64,000 bases of DNA from an uncultured Bacteroidales bacterium (lineage in GTDB: Bacteria; Bacteroidota; Bacteroidia; Bacteroidales; Bacteroidaceae). The stretch covers positions 1,524 through 65,523 of the forward strand of contig CADCBO010000011.1 of assembly GCA_902799685.1 (NCBI GenBank). Direction: 5' to 3'. A program made the position numbers and the translations under genes. Shown piece by piece: positions 27,449-35,818 of the stretch (position 1 is its first letter; every line of letters starts with the position of its first letter). The notes under the pieces are model-generated. The model was not told where the DNA came from and did not search any database. It worked only from the letters and a program-made list of their open reading frames with translations.

Positions 27449-29512
27449 ATGAGAAATTTCAGATTCAGAGGCTTTCACGCATTTGTAAGCGCGATTGTCA
27501 TGGCATTTGTTTTCACCGCGTGTTGGGATGAGATGCACCCGGGCACATATTACACATTTAACGGCAAAACCGTGGCATCAGACCTTGCGGAGAACCCCAA
27601 TTACAGTGAATTCGTAAAAGTCCTTCAAAGGGCAGGAATATGGAATGACCTTTCCACCTATGGTCACAACACATGTTTTGCACCTGACAACAATGCCATT
27701 GCCAAGTTCCTGGAGGAACGTGAACAGTTTGCAAAAAGCCTGGGCATAGATGCAACCTACCTTACGGTCGACGACCTGCCCAAGGAGGACTGCGACACTC
27801 TGGCATGGACCCATTTGCTTGACATAACATGCTTTATAGGAGACCTCACTCCGGGTCTTCTGCCTAAAGTAAACCTTAACGACCGTTTCCTGATACTGAC
27901 CCTTGACTCGACCAAGGTTGAGCAGTTGGGAGACTCCGTGGTGGCTCTAAGAAGGCAATTGAACAATGCAATCATAATAGCTAAGGATGACTCATGCGAG
28001 AACGGCGTAGTACATTACATTGACCGCTGCATTGACTTTGGCGGCAACTATGTATATGACCTTGTGGACAATGACCCCAACACCAAGTTGTTCAGTAAAG
28101 CGCTTAAGGACTGCGGTTTCCACACCGTATTGAGCGAGTGGTATGATTACACCTACACTATCGGCGAAGACTCTGTACGCGGATCGGTCCACCTTACCCA
28201 GGCCGGTAACGACTGGACCCTTCACTACTGGGAAAAGAGAAAGACATGCTTTACACTGCTTGTTCCCACCGATGCTATCTTCAACGCGAACGGTATTTAT
28301 AGCGTGGATGACATGTTTGACTACGCAAAGAACATTTATAACGAGTACAATGACATTGATTCCATCATGAACAACCGGCAGAATCCCAAGAACCCGCTTT
28401 ACAGATTCCTGTCATATCACATCCTTCCGTTCCTTATGGACCTGTCCAGAATCAACGGCCGAAGCGAAGTCATAGAAAATCACAGCTTGCTTAAGACCGA
28501 TCCTGAGGACTATTTCGAAACCCTGCTTCCAAACAGCCTGATGAGAATATCCACCCAGGTCAAGAACAAGAAACTGGACATGAGCAATGTCTATATCAAC
28601 AGGCGTGACAACGAAGGAAACGGAACCATCGGTTTCAAAGGCCCCAAAGTAAGAGGTGTAAAGATTCTCACCGCCCAGGAAATGGAAGAAGGATGGGGCA
28701 TTGAGCAATACAGCGCACTGAACGGTGTATATCATTACGTTGAAGATATTCTGAAATATGACTCCGACGTACGCGAAGACGTTCTTGACCGCCGCATGAG
28801 AATTGACTGCTCAACCCTTTCACCAGACTTCATAACATCGGGAGCACGTCAGTTCGACGCCAGCAACACCGGATCATCAAACTACAGCTACGGATTCAAG
28901 AACCCCAAGAACTTTGCTTCATACAATCAGGACTACAGGATGCAGGTGCGTTCAGCATCCGCAAGCGGCAGTTACGCTTATGAAGGTGACGGCGTTGATA
29001 TCCAGGGACAGTTTGACATGTATGTTAAGCTTCCTCCTGTTCCACATAACGGAACATGGCAGCTCAGGTTATCATTCCGTGCCAACTCACACTGCGGAAT
29101 CATCCAGAACTACATTGCAAGCGTAGCTCCGGGTGCTGCAGTTGAACGTACGGACTGGAAACCTCTGGGTATTCCTGTTGACCTGCGAGTGAACATGACC
29201 GATCCCAGTGTAGGCTGGATCAAGGACAGCAACCTGGAAGACGAGGATGCAGTCATTGCATTGGACAAATCAATGAAAAACCGCGGTTGGATGAAAGGCT
29301 CCTGTGTACAGACCATAAACGACGGCGAGACACCGCATCGTGACATCAACACAATGGGTCGTCTTACACTTATGACCGATTACATCCAGAGCAACATGGA
29401 TTATTATATCCGTATCAAGCAGATTCTTGACAGTAGAGACGGTGAGTTCCTGTTTGACTTTATAGAATGGGTTCCCAAGTCTGTCTATGACAACAATGAG
29501 GATAGAAACTGA
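27449..29512 (+). CDS. Fasciclin (FAS1) domain-containing lipoprotein
   Basis: Signal peptide with Cys (FVFTAC). FAS1-type motifs CFAPDNNAI and TLLVPTDAIF. Long beta-rich C-terminal region. Confidence 0.65.
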   Translation: MRNFRFRGFHAFVSAIVMAFVFTACWDEMHPGTYYTFNGKTVASDLAENPNYSEFVKVLQRAGIWNDLSTYGHNTCFAPDNNAIAKFLEEREQFAKSLGIDATYLTVDDLPKEDCDTLAWTHLLDITCFIGDLTPGLLPKVNLNDRFLILTLDSTKVEQLGDSVVALRRQLNNAIIIAKDDSCENGVVHYIDRCIDFGGNYVYDLVDNDPNTKLFSKALKDCGFHTVLSEWYDYTYTIGEDSVRGSVHLTQAGNDWTLHYWEKRKTCFTLLVPTDAIFNANGIYSVDDMFDYAKNIYNEYNDIDSIMNNRQNPKNPLYRFLSYHILPFLMDLSRINGRSEVIENHSLLKTDPEDYFETLLPNSLMRISTQVKNKKLDMSNVYINRRDNEGNGTIGFKGPKVRGVKILTAQEMEEGWGIEQYSALNGVYHYVEDILKYDSDVREDVLDRRMRIDCSTLSPDFITSGARQFDASNTGSSNYSYGFKNPKNFASYNQDYRMQVRSASASGSYAYEGDGVDIQGQFDMYVKLPPVPHNGTWQLRLSFRANSHCGIIQNYIASVAPGAAVERTDWKPLGIPVDLRVNMTDPSVGWIKDSNLEDEDAVIALDKSMKNRGWMKGSCVQTINDGETPHRDINTMGRLTLMTDYIQSNMDYYIRIKQILDSRDGEFLFDFIEWVPKSVYDNNEDRN

Positions 29513-29522
29513 TTGACAACAT

Positions 29523-29560
29523 CTTATAAATGAAGCTCCGACGATTGATTCATCGGAGCT
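29523..29560 (+). terminator. Intrinsic terminator after the fasciclin gene
   Basis: 9-bp stem aagctccga / tcggagctt, 11-nt loop, then ttattttttt. Confidence 0.75.
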
Positions 29561-29615
29561 TTATTTTTTTCAAAAAAAAGTATCCTTTTATTTTTGGAGT
29601 AACGACAAAAAGGAG

Positions 29616-29623
29616 TACCTTTG
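29616..29623 (+). promoter_or_regulatory. Candidate -7 box TACCTTTG for tRNA-Lys
   Basis: Exact TAnnTTTG 25 nt upstream of the tRNA 5' end. Confidence 0.4.
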
Positions 29624-29647
29624 CATCGCTTTTAAGGAAAGCTGCTT

Positions 29648-29720
29648 GCGCGATTAGCTCAGTTGGTAGAGCAATTGACTCTTAATCAATGGGTCCAGGG
29701 TTCGAATCCCTGATCGCGTA
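29648..29720 (+). tRNA. tRNA-Lys (anticodon CTT)
   Basis: Hand-folded cloverleaf. Acceptor gcgcgat/atcgcgt (G1-U72 wobble). D arm gctc-agttggta-gagc. Anticodon arm attga-CTCTTAA-tcaat. T arm caggg-ttcgaat-ccctg. Discriminator a. CCA is not encoded. Confidence 0.85.
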
Positions 29721-29722
29721 CG

Positions 29723-29755
29723 AAAAAAAGAAGACCTCGATGGTCTTCTTTTTTT
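29723..29755. terminator. Bidirectional intrinsic terminator after tRNA-Lys
   Basis: Stem gaagacc / ggtcttc flanked by an A7 run upstream and a T7 run downstream. Confidence 0.75.
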
Positions 29756-29756
29756 C

Positions 29757-29784
29757 GTCCACAATCAGGGATCGAACCCAGTCC
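29757..29784 (-). pseudogene. Degenerate inverted copy of a tRNA 3' end (T arm + acceptor strand)
   Basis: The minus strand reads ggactgggttcgatccctgattgtggac. It aligns to 29695-29720 of tRNA-Lys at about 20 of 26 columns (by eye). No matching 5' half is present. Confidence 0.4.
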
Positions 29785-29796
29785 TTTTTTTATTTT

Positions 29797-29873
29797 GCTA
29801 CGCAAAAGCGCTCACTATGTTCGCTTGGCGGCCCTCCGGGTCCGCGGTCTCGCTCCAAGCATTCGCTCGCACC
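29797..29873. other. GC-rich structured intergenic element (possible small RNA or relic)
   Basis: About 77 nt, conspicuously GC-rich for an intergenic stretch. Nested pairings gcttgg (29823-28) / ccaagc (29855-60) and gcgg..ccgc (29828-45). No credible ORF. Confidence 0.3.
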
Positions 29874-29883
29874 AATACAAATG

Positions 29884-29913
29884 AACCTGCGATATGTACT
29901 AAGCAGGTTTTTT
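29884..29913. terminator. Terminator hairpin abutting the MBL-hydrolase stop codon
   Basis: Stem aacctgc / gcaggtt with a 12-nt loop. Followed by T6 on the plus strand and by catttgtatt on the minus strand. Confidence 0.55.
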
Positions 29914-29914
29914 A

Positions 29915-30718
29915 CTATTCAAATATATAGAGTTGACTGGGGGTGGTGCGCTTGAGGGCACAGAGCTGGAAATCCCTGCCAGCTATTATCCCAACTCCGC
30001 GAAGCTCATACTCTACGGTCTTGTAAGCTATTTCAGGATGGTTGTTCTCGCCGCTCAGATGACAGAGCCAGACATATTTAAGGTCAGGAGTCATATTCTC
30101 TGCCAGGAACCTGGCTGTAGTCTTGTTGCTGAGGTGTCCCCTGGGACTTACAATCCTTTCCTTAAGGAACTGGGGATAATTACCCATACGGAGCATATCC
30201 TCATCATAGTTAGCCTCCATGATAAGGTAGTTTGCCTGAAGTATATAGCTGGATACCGTTTCAGTTATATGCCCCAGGTCCGTGACAAAGCAGAACACCT
30301 TGTCATCGACCTCTATCCTATATCCCACATTGTCAGTACCGTCATGAGGAACCTCAAACGGAGTAATTACAAAATCATAGAACCTGAAAGGCACATCCTT
30401 GTCCAGATAACGGACACAGGTGGAGAGCTTCTCGGTCATACAGTAGTTGTTGTTAATACCCTCATGGGTATCGCGAGTGGCATAAACCGGAATATGACAC
30501 TTTTCGCCCAGGTTGCCCAAAGCCTTGATATGGTCTGCGTGGTCATGGGTTACAAATACAGCCATGATCCTTTCAAACGGGATACCTACATCCTTAAGGT
30601 ATCCTTTGATCTGTTTTACCGGAATGCCGGCGTCAATCAGGATTGCATGTTCTTCTGTGCCAAGATAGTAGCAGTTGCCGCTGCTTCCACTTGACAAACT
30701 CATAAAGTAGGTCTTCAT
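29915..30718 (-). CDS. MBL-fold metallo-hydrolase
   Basis: HxHxDH motif (THDHADH). 267 aa, with YycJ-like layout. Confidence 0.8.
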   Translation of the reverse strand: MKTYFMSLSSGSSGNCYYLGTEEHAILIDAGIPVKQIKGYLKDVGIPFERIMAVFVTHDHADHIKALGNLGEKCHIPVYATRDTHEGINNNYCMTEKLSTCVRYLDKDVPFRFYDFVITPFEVPHDGTDNVGYRIEVDDKVFCFVTDLGHITETVSSYILQANYLIMEANYDEDMLRMGNYPQFLKERIVSPRGHLSNKTTARFLAENMTPDLKYVWLCHLSGENNHPEIAYKTVEYELRGVGIIAGRDFQLCALKRTTPSQLYIFE

Positions 30719-30773
30719 TTTTATGTTGTCTTATTTCCTTATTCATAATTGATGGTGGAATTAAATTAAATGG

Positions 30774-33098
30774 TCAGAACGGATAACCGACCGCCAGATG
30801 GAATGCAAAATCCCTGGTGAAAGACGGATGTATGAGAGGAAGCCTCTGGTACATTGTCTGCCCCGATGGGTCATAGGCCTTCATGCCACCGTCCAGCCTG
30901 AGTACAAAGAATCCGAAATCAAGTCTCAAGCCAAGGCCGTACGACATGGCAATCTGTTTATAGAATGTATCAAACCGGAATTCGCCGTCCGGTTGCTCGG
31001 CATATTCCTTTATTGTCCAGATATTACCGGCATCGATAAAGGCCGCACCATTGAATTTCCAGAACAGCTTGGAGCGATACTCAATGCTTGCACCCAGTTT
31101 TATGTCACCTGACTGCCTTATGTAATCAATGGTCTTGTCCTGGCCTCTGAAATTACCCGGTCCAAGCTCACGGACAGCCCATCCGCGCACGCTGTTGGCA
31201 CCTCCTGCAAAGAAACGTTTTTCGAACGGAAGGATATTTGAGTTACCGTATGGCACACCAAGTCCCCACTCCACATGCGCGACAAGATTGTTCATCCTGT
31301 CCAGACGCCAGTTTGCCGTAAAGGCAAAATCATGCTTGGCATACTGTGCAAACGCCACACCCATGAACTTGTACTGGTCATTGTCTGTCTTCTCAAAGCC
31401 AAGAGGTTCGGACAGCAGATTAAGCATATTGCCGGATGTCTCAATGCCCACACGCACGGAATATTGGAATGGAGCAGTGGAATTGACACCGGCATTGGTA
31501 TAATAGAATGTGTAGCCCAACTTGGTTATGAGCAGATCCTCATAACTATACTTAAGGATAGACCTGGATGACGTTACCTGGTCCAGATACTCAGACCTGA
31601 AGTGATCCGATATCCATGGCACTACAAGATAGTTCAGGTCAAGAACATCAAGCCTGTGTGATTTTTGCCAACCATCGCTCCACATATAACTCCAACCGGC
31701 CGAAAAGATGGTTTTCTGGAATTCCGGACGGCGCTGTGCATCTATCTTGGCGCTGAAGCGCGAAGTAGCCTGACTGCGACGCTGCAGTTCCTGTGACGCG
31801 AACGGAATAAGGAATTCCGGGAAATCAAGATTGGCCTCCAATCCGTATTCCATATATGTATCGCCCGAATAACCGGGAAGGTTGGTAATGGACTCGTATG
31901 CGCCACGCAGTTTAATGCTCAGCTGTTCGGAGCCACGGAAAAGGTTACGGTCAATGAATGACAATGAGGCGGCTGCCCCCAGGTCTCCTGCCGTATTGGT
32001 GCCCTCCACCTCAAAGCTGAAGGAGTGTTTGGGCTGTCTTATCAATGTGACATTTGCCTTGAGCAAGTCATTGGTTCCGGCCACCGTATCGAAAGAGATG
32101 TTTGAATACTTGAGGATTCCCAGGCGTGACAGTGAAGAATACGTCTTGTTGATGGAATCCGAATTGTAAAGCATGCCCTCCCTGATAAAGGAATGGTTGT
32201 CTATTATCTTGGGCCTTATGGCAGGCTTTTCATCCTGAGACGGATGAAGCAGAGTGAAACCACGGCATGTATCGGCCTTGACTGCCACGGAAACTCCGGG
32301 CAGGTTACCGTTCTTGTCCGAAAGGATATAATCTATCGAAGAAATACTGTATTGCCTGTGAGGATGAATTGTTCCGTTCTCATCAATGCTTTCATTTGTA
32401 ACAATCATAGTCAGTCCCACCTTGTCACTGCCATATACCGTATCAGCCACAAAAGAGACAAAATCACGATTGAAACGATAATATCCATGCCTGCGCATCA
32501 GCTCAACTATTCGGCTACGTTCCTTATTGAGGATATCGGCATTAAGGTTCATCCCCGGTACAAGGAATGTCTCTTTCTGATTTTCAAATATTATTGGCTC
32601 TATTCCTTTGTCCTGAACGGTTAACCGGACCGTGTCAACAAAAAACATCCTGCCGGGATCAAGGCTGTATCGCAGTGTTGTCTTGGGTTTGCGGCCGTTA
32701 TGGGACGACACCTTAACCTGAGCATTCAGATAGCCAGCATTCACCAGGGCGCGCTTCATCTCAGCACTTGACGCCTCGGCCTGCAACATGTCATAAATGA
32801 CAGGTGCCTCTCCGATTTTTCGAAGCATACGGTTAATGCCCTTTTCCGGATTGCGGACACTTGAAAGGGAGTAAACCCTGAGTGGAAGACGGAACAGTCC
32901 GAACCATTTGGAATTAGGTGACTGCAGGGAAAGGCTCTTGAAGTTGGTCACTTCCAGTGCGGATTTGTCACGCGAAGCAACTTCAACCTTGTTCAACAGG
33001 TACTCACCCTGAGGAACATGCTTATAAACCGAGCATGAGCCCAGCGCCATTATGGCCATAAGCATAACCAGCCTGTATGTGAGTTTCCTGTAATTCAT
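30774..33098 (-). CDS. Omp85-family outer-membrane protein (BamA/TamA-like)
   Basis: Signal peptide, POTRA-sized N-terminal repeats, and a long C-terminal beta-barrel ending in aromatic ..GYPF. Confidence 0.7.
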   Translation of the reverse strand: MNYRKLTYRLVMLMAIMALGSCSVYKHVPQGEYLLNKVEVASRDKSALEVTNFKSLSLQSPNSKWFGLFRLPLRVYSLSSVRNPEKGINRMLRKIGEAPVIYDMLQAEASSAEMKRALVNAGYLNAQVKVSSHNGRKPKTTLRYSLDPGRMFFVDTVRLTVQDKGIEPIIFENQKETFLVPGMNLNADILNKERSRIVELMRRHGYYRFNRDFVSFVADTVYGSDKVGLTMIVTNESIDENGTIHPHRQYSISSIDYILSDKNGNLPGVSVAVKADTCRGFTLLHPSQDEKPAIRPKIIDNHSFIREGMLYNSDSINKTYSSLSRLGILKYSNISFDTVAGTNDLLKANVTLIRQPKHSFSFEVEGTNTAGDLGAAASLSFIDRNLFRGSEQLSIKLRGAYESITNLPGYSGDTYMEYGLEANLDFPEFLIPFASQELQRRSQATSRFSAKIDAQRRPEFQKTIFSAGWSYMWSDGWQKSHRLDVLDLNYLVVPWISDHFRSEYLDQVTSSRSILKYSYEDLLITKLGYTFYYTNAGVNSTAPFQYSVRVGIETSGNMLNLLSEPLGFEKTDNDQYKFMGVAFAQYAKHDFAFTANWRLDRMNNLVAHVEWGLGVPYGNSNILPFEKRFFAGGANSVRGWAVRELGPGNFRGQDKTIDYIRQSGDIKLGASIEYRSKLFWKFNGAAFIDAGNIWTIKEYAEQPDGEFRFDTFYKQIAMSYGLGLRLDFGFFVLRLDGGMKAYDPSGQTMYQRLPLIHPSFTRDFAFHLAVGYPF

Positions 33099-33117
33099 CC
33101 GAAGGTTTTTAAACTAC

Positions 33118-33125
33118 AAAGATAT
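33118..33125 (-). promoter_or_regulatory. Candidate -7 box TATCTTTG for the Omp85-family gene
   Basis: Plus strand reads CAAAGATA, an exact TAnnTTTG on the minus strand, 20 nt upstream of the ATG at 33098. Confidence 0.35.
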
Positions 33126-33194
33126 GCAAACTCAATATGCTTTCAAAGTTCAGATTCAGAAAATAACTATCTTTACGGAACAAAACACGAATGT

Positions 33195-33953
33195 ATGTTG
33201 AGCAGGAATGACATAAAGCTTATAAAGAGCCTGGAGCACAAGAAGTTCCGCCAGGAAAACAATCTGTTTGTTGCCGAAGGGCCTAAATTGGTGGGAGAAC
33301 TGTTGGGAAAATTCAGCTGCCCCATGGTGTTTGCCACCAATCAATGGATGGAGGATAACAAGGCCATTCCTGCAAGACGTATCGAGACAGTGACACCTGA
33401 TGAGCTGAAACGGGCCAGTCTGCTTAAGACCCCGCAAGACGTGATTGCGCTGTTTGAAATTCCACGGACAGAGACAAGCATTGAATCTGCTGCACGGGAC
33501 AATCTGGTCCTTGCGCTTGATGACGTTCAGGATCCCGGAAACCTAGGAACGATAATCCGCATAGCAGACTGGTTCGGGATAAAGGATATCTTCTGTTCCA
33601 GGGGCACTGCCGATGTATATAATCCCAAAGCTGTCCAGGCCACAATGGGAGCGATTGCCAGAGTACGATTGCATTATACTGACCTGGCAAAGGAGATTTC
33701 AGGTCTGCCCACCGGCATCCCTGTATATGGAACATTCCTGGATGGAGAAACAATCTATGACACTGAACTGACACAAAACGGAGTGATTGTCATGGGGAAT
33801 GAGGGGAACGGAATAAGTGCAGAAACAGAAAAAGCCGTAACGCGCAGGATTTTCATCCCCAACTGGCCGGCCGGTGCAGAAACATCGGAATCCCTCAACG
33901 TGGCGATTGCCACAGCCATAACCTGCTCAGAGTTCCGCAGGAGAAGCTTTTAA
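33195..33953 (+). CDS. TrmH/SpoU-family RNA 2'-O-methyltransferase
   Basis: SpoU motifs NLGTIIRIADWFG, VMGNEGNGIS and ESLNVAIATAI. Confidence 0.8.
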   Translation: MLSRNDIKLIKSLEHKKFRQENNLFVAEGPKLVGELLGKFSCPMVFATNQWMEDNKAIPARRIETVTPDELKRASLLKTPQDVIALFEIPRTETSIESAARDNLVLALDDVQDPGNLGTIIRIADWFGIKDIFCSRGTADVYNPKAVQATMGAIARVRLHYTDLAKEISGLPTGIPVYGTFLDGETIYDTELTQNGVIVMGNEGNGISAETEKAVTRRIFIPNWPAGAETSESLNVAIATAITCSEFRRRSF

Positions 33954-34739
33954 GTCTTTCTTGAGCGTATCCGCTACGCCAATCCTGTGATAACGCATCA
34001 ACTCCATATCAGAGAGAACCAGCATGGAACCGCGGTTATCGGTCGAATCCATATAGTTTATGGAACCGCTTATGCTGGAGAAATCACTTTTTGAATCCAG
34101 CGTGAGCCGCAGGCACACCTGACCGTTTGTGTCAAGTATTGTATCGGCCGTTGAGACGCTGTCGCCATAATAGGCGGAAAGCGATATATATGAATATTGC
34201 GGAACGCCTGAATCAATGGACACGAATGTCCCGTAAAGGTTCAGACAGATGGTGTCGCCTTTGTGGAAAGTAGTATCTTTATTGACGCGGTACGTGAGTT
34301 TGTTCATGAAGACAGACGTATTGAGCAAGGCTGTCCTATCCAGATACCACAGATTGACGCTGTCGCCGGACTGTATGGCAACCGATTTTTTCTCTATCTG
34401 CGCCAGGGATTTGCTGACAGACTTGTATTCATCGTCTATCCTGTTGGAGAGACGCTTGTATATCCTGGCCAGTTCCTTTGGATAGCGGGTGTACCATATC
34501 AGTGAATGGTCAAATTCCTCCTTGGTTATGCCATTCTTATCATAAACCCAGCTGATATAAGCATCGGTAATGTATTTCTCTTCACGCGGCAACTGAAGAC
34601 TTACAGCCTGAGCCAGATGATAGTCATACAGGATCTGCTCCATTTTCTTGGGCGAAAGCACATCATCAGGGCGTTTGAGACGACAGCCGGACAATGTAAG
34701 CAGAAGCAGTCCCAGTATTACCGAATCAATCTTTCGCAT
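33927..34739 (-). CDS. Lipoprotein, DUF4296-like N-terminal region
   Basis: Lipobox LTLSGC, then SPKKMEQILYDYHLAQA, which resembles the DUF4296 motif. Conserved position downstream of lspA in Bacteroidota. Start moved to the Met preceding the signal peptide. Confidence 0.5.
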   Translation of the reverse strand: MRKIDSVILGLLLLTLSGCRLKRPDDVLSPKKMEQILYDYHLAQAVSLQLPREEKYITDAYISWVYDKNGITKEEFDHSLIWYTRYPKELARIYKRLSNRIDDEYKSVSKSLAQIEKKSVAIQSGDSVNLWYLDRTALLNTSVFMNKLTYRVNKDTTFHKGDTICLNLYGTFVSIDSGVPQYSYISLSAYYGDSVSTADTILDTNGQVCLRLTLDSKSDFSSISGSINYMDSTDNRGSMLVLSDMELMRYHRIGVADTLKKDLKASPAEL

Positions 34740-35415
34740 CAGTGTCGTCAGAATTCTCCTGATTACGGGAACCGTCATCGTAATGCAGGCCCATATTCAC
34801 CAGCTTGGTGTAGAAAAGCAGCAACGCGATTACGCCGCATGTTATGCATGAATCGGCAAAGTTGAATACCGGGCTGAAGAATATGTCGCCTCCTACCAGC
34901 GGCATCCATTCAGGCCACGTCCAAAGTGGGAAATAGAACATATCCACCACCTTACCGTACAGGAACGGGGCGTAACCGCTGCCCAGCGATGTGAAAGCAG
35001 CCTCCTGCAGAGGGGTGCTTTCTGTAAAAAAAAGCCCGTAGAACATGCAGTCCAGGAGGTTTCCGGTGGCGCCGGCTATCACGAAAGCAACTGTCACGAT
35101 ATAACCTGTGGGGAAGCCTTTGTTTATTATCTTTATCAGATACCATATAAAGAAACCTATGGCGACTATCCTGAACAGGGAGAGAAACAGTTTGCCTATT
35201 ATCTCCATACCGAAAGCCATGCCGTTGTTCTCCACAAACAATATCTTAAACCACGACGTGATATCAATGCTCTCGCCCAGGGACATGTTAGTCTTGACCA
35301 GAATCTTTATAATCTGGTCTATCACCAGCACTGACAGTATAATAATCAGTGCCAGACGTCCCTGGCGGGAACAATCATGGCTCTCCGGATTGCCGTTCTC
35401 CATATAGGGTATCAA
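34726..35415 (-). CDS. lspA: Lipoprotein signal peptidase II
   Basis: Motifs FVENNGMAFGM and FNFAD. Four TM segments. Confidence 0.85.
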   Translation of the reverse strand: MIPYMENGNPESHDCSRQGRLALIIILSVLVIDQIIKILVKTNMSLGESIDITSWFKILFVENNGMAFGMEIIGKLFLSLFRIVAIGFFIWYLIKIINKGFPTGYIVTVAFVIAGATGNLLDCMFYGLFFTESTPLQEAAFTSLGSGYAPFLYGKVVDMFYFPLWTWPEWMPLVGGDIFFSPVFNFADSCITCGVIALLLFYTKLVNMGLHYDDGSRNQENSDDTDAKD

Positions 35416-35789
35416 TGCTTATTCTGTTTGGCCTCGATGGTAAGCGTAGCATGAGGAACGGCACGCAGACGCTCCTTGGGGATAAGTTTGCCTGTCTCAC
35501 GGCAGATGCCGTAAGTCTTGTTCTCAATACGGACAAGAGCGGCCTGAAGAGACTGTATGAATTTCATCTGACGCTGGGCAAGACGTGTGGTCTCCTCCTT
35601 TGAAAGGGTGTTGGCGCCCTCTTCCAGCACTTTGTAGGTAGGAGATGTGTCATCGGTACTGTTGTTGTCGGCATTCATCAGTGATGCCTTGAGTGCATCA
35701 TAATCTCTCTGGGCAACTTCCAGCTTCTCATTGATTATCTGACGGAACTCCTCCAGTTCCTCATCAGAATAACGGTTCTTCTCTGCCAT
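35412..35789 (-). CDS. DksA/TraR-family protein
   Basis: 125 aa. Coiled-coil N-terminal region and C-terminal YGICRETGKLIPKERL zinc-finger-like segment. Conserved position between ileS and lspA. Confidence 0.75.
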   Translation of the reverse strand: MAEKNRYSDEELEEFRQIINEKLEVAQRDYDALKASLMNADNNSTDDTSPTYKVLEEGANTLSKEETTRLAQRQMKFIQSLQAALVRIENKTYGICRETGKLIPKERLRAVPHATLTIEAKQNKH

Positions 35790-35818
35790 AATAGTAATTA
35801 CAGGTTAAGGTTTATTGA

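Noticed and set aside
29757-29913. Possibility that the T-arm-like fragment plus the GC-rich segment is a tmRNA, SRP RNA or complete minus-strand tRNA
   Set aside because: It is too short for a tmRNA (under 160 nt between flanking features). There is no matching 5' acceptor strand for a tRNA. I could not find the conserved SRP domain IV motif.
29689-29955. 88-aa ORF running through the tRNA-Lys 3' half, two terminators and the GC-rich element
   Set aside because: It starts inside a tRNA and crosses two terminator hairpins, so it is not credible as coding.
29933-30694. 253-aa plus-strand ORF opposite the MBL hydrolase gene
   Set aside because: It is an antisense shadow. The minus-strand frame carries the HxHxDH motif and the plus-strand frame carries none.
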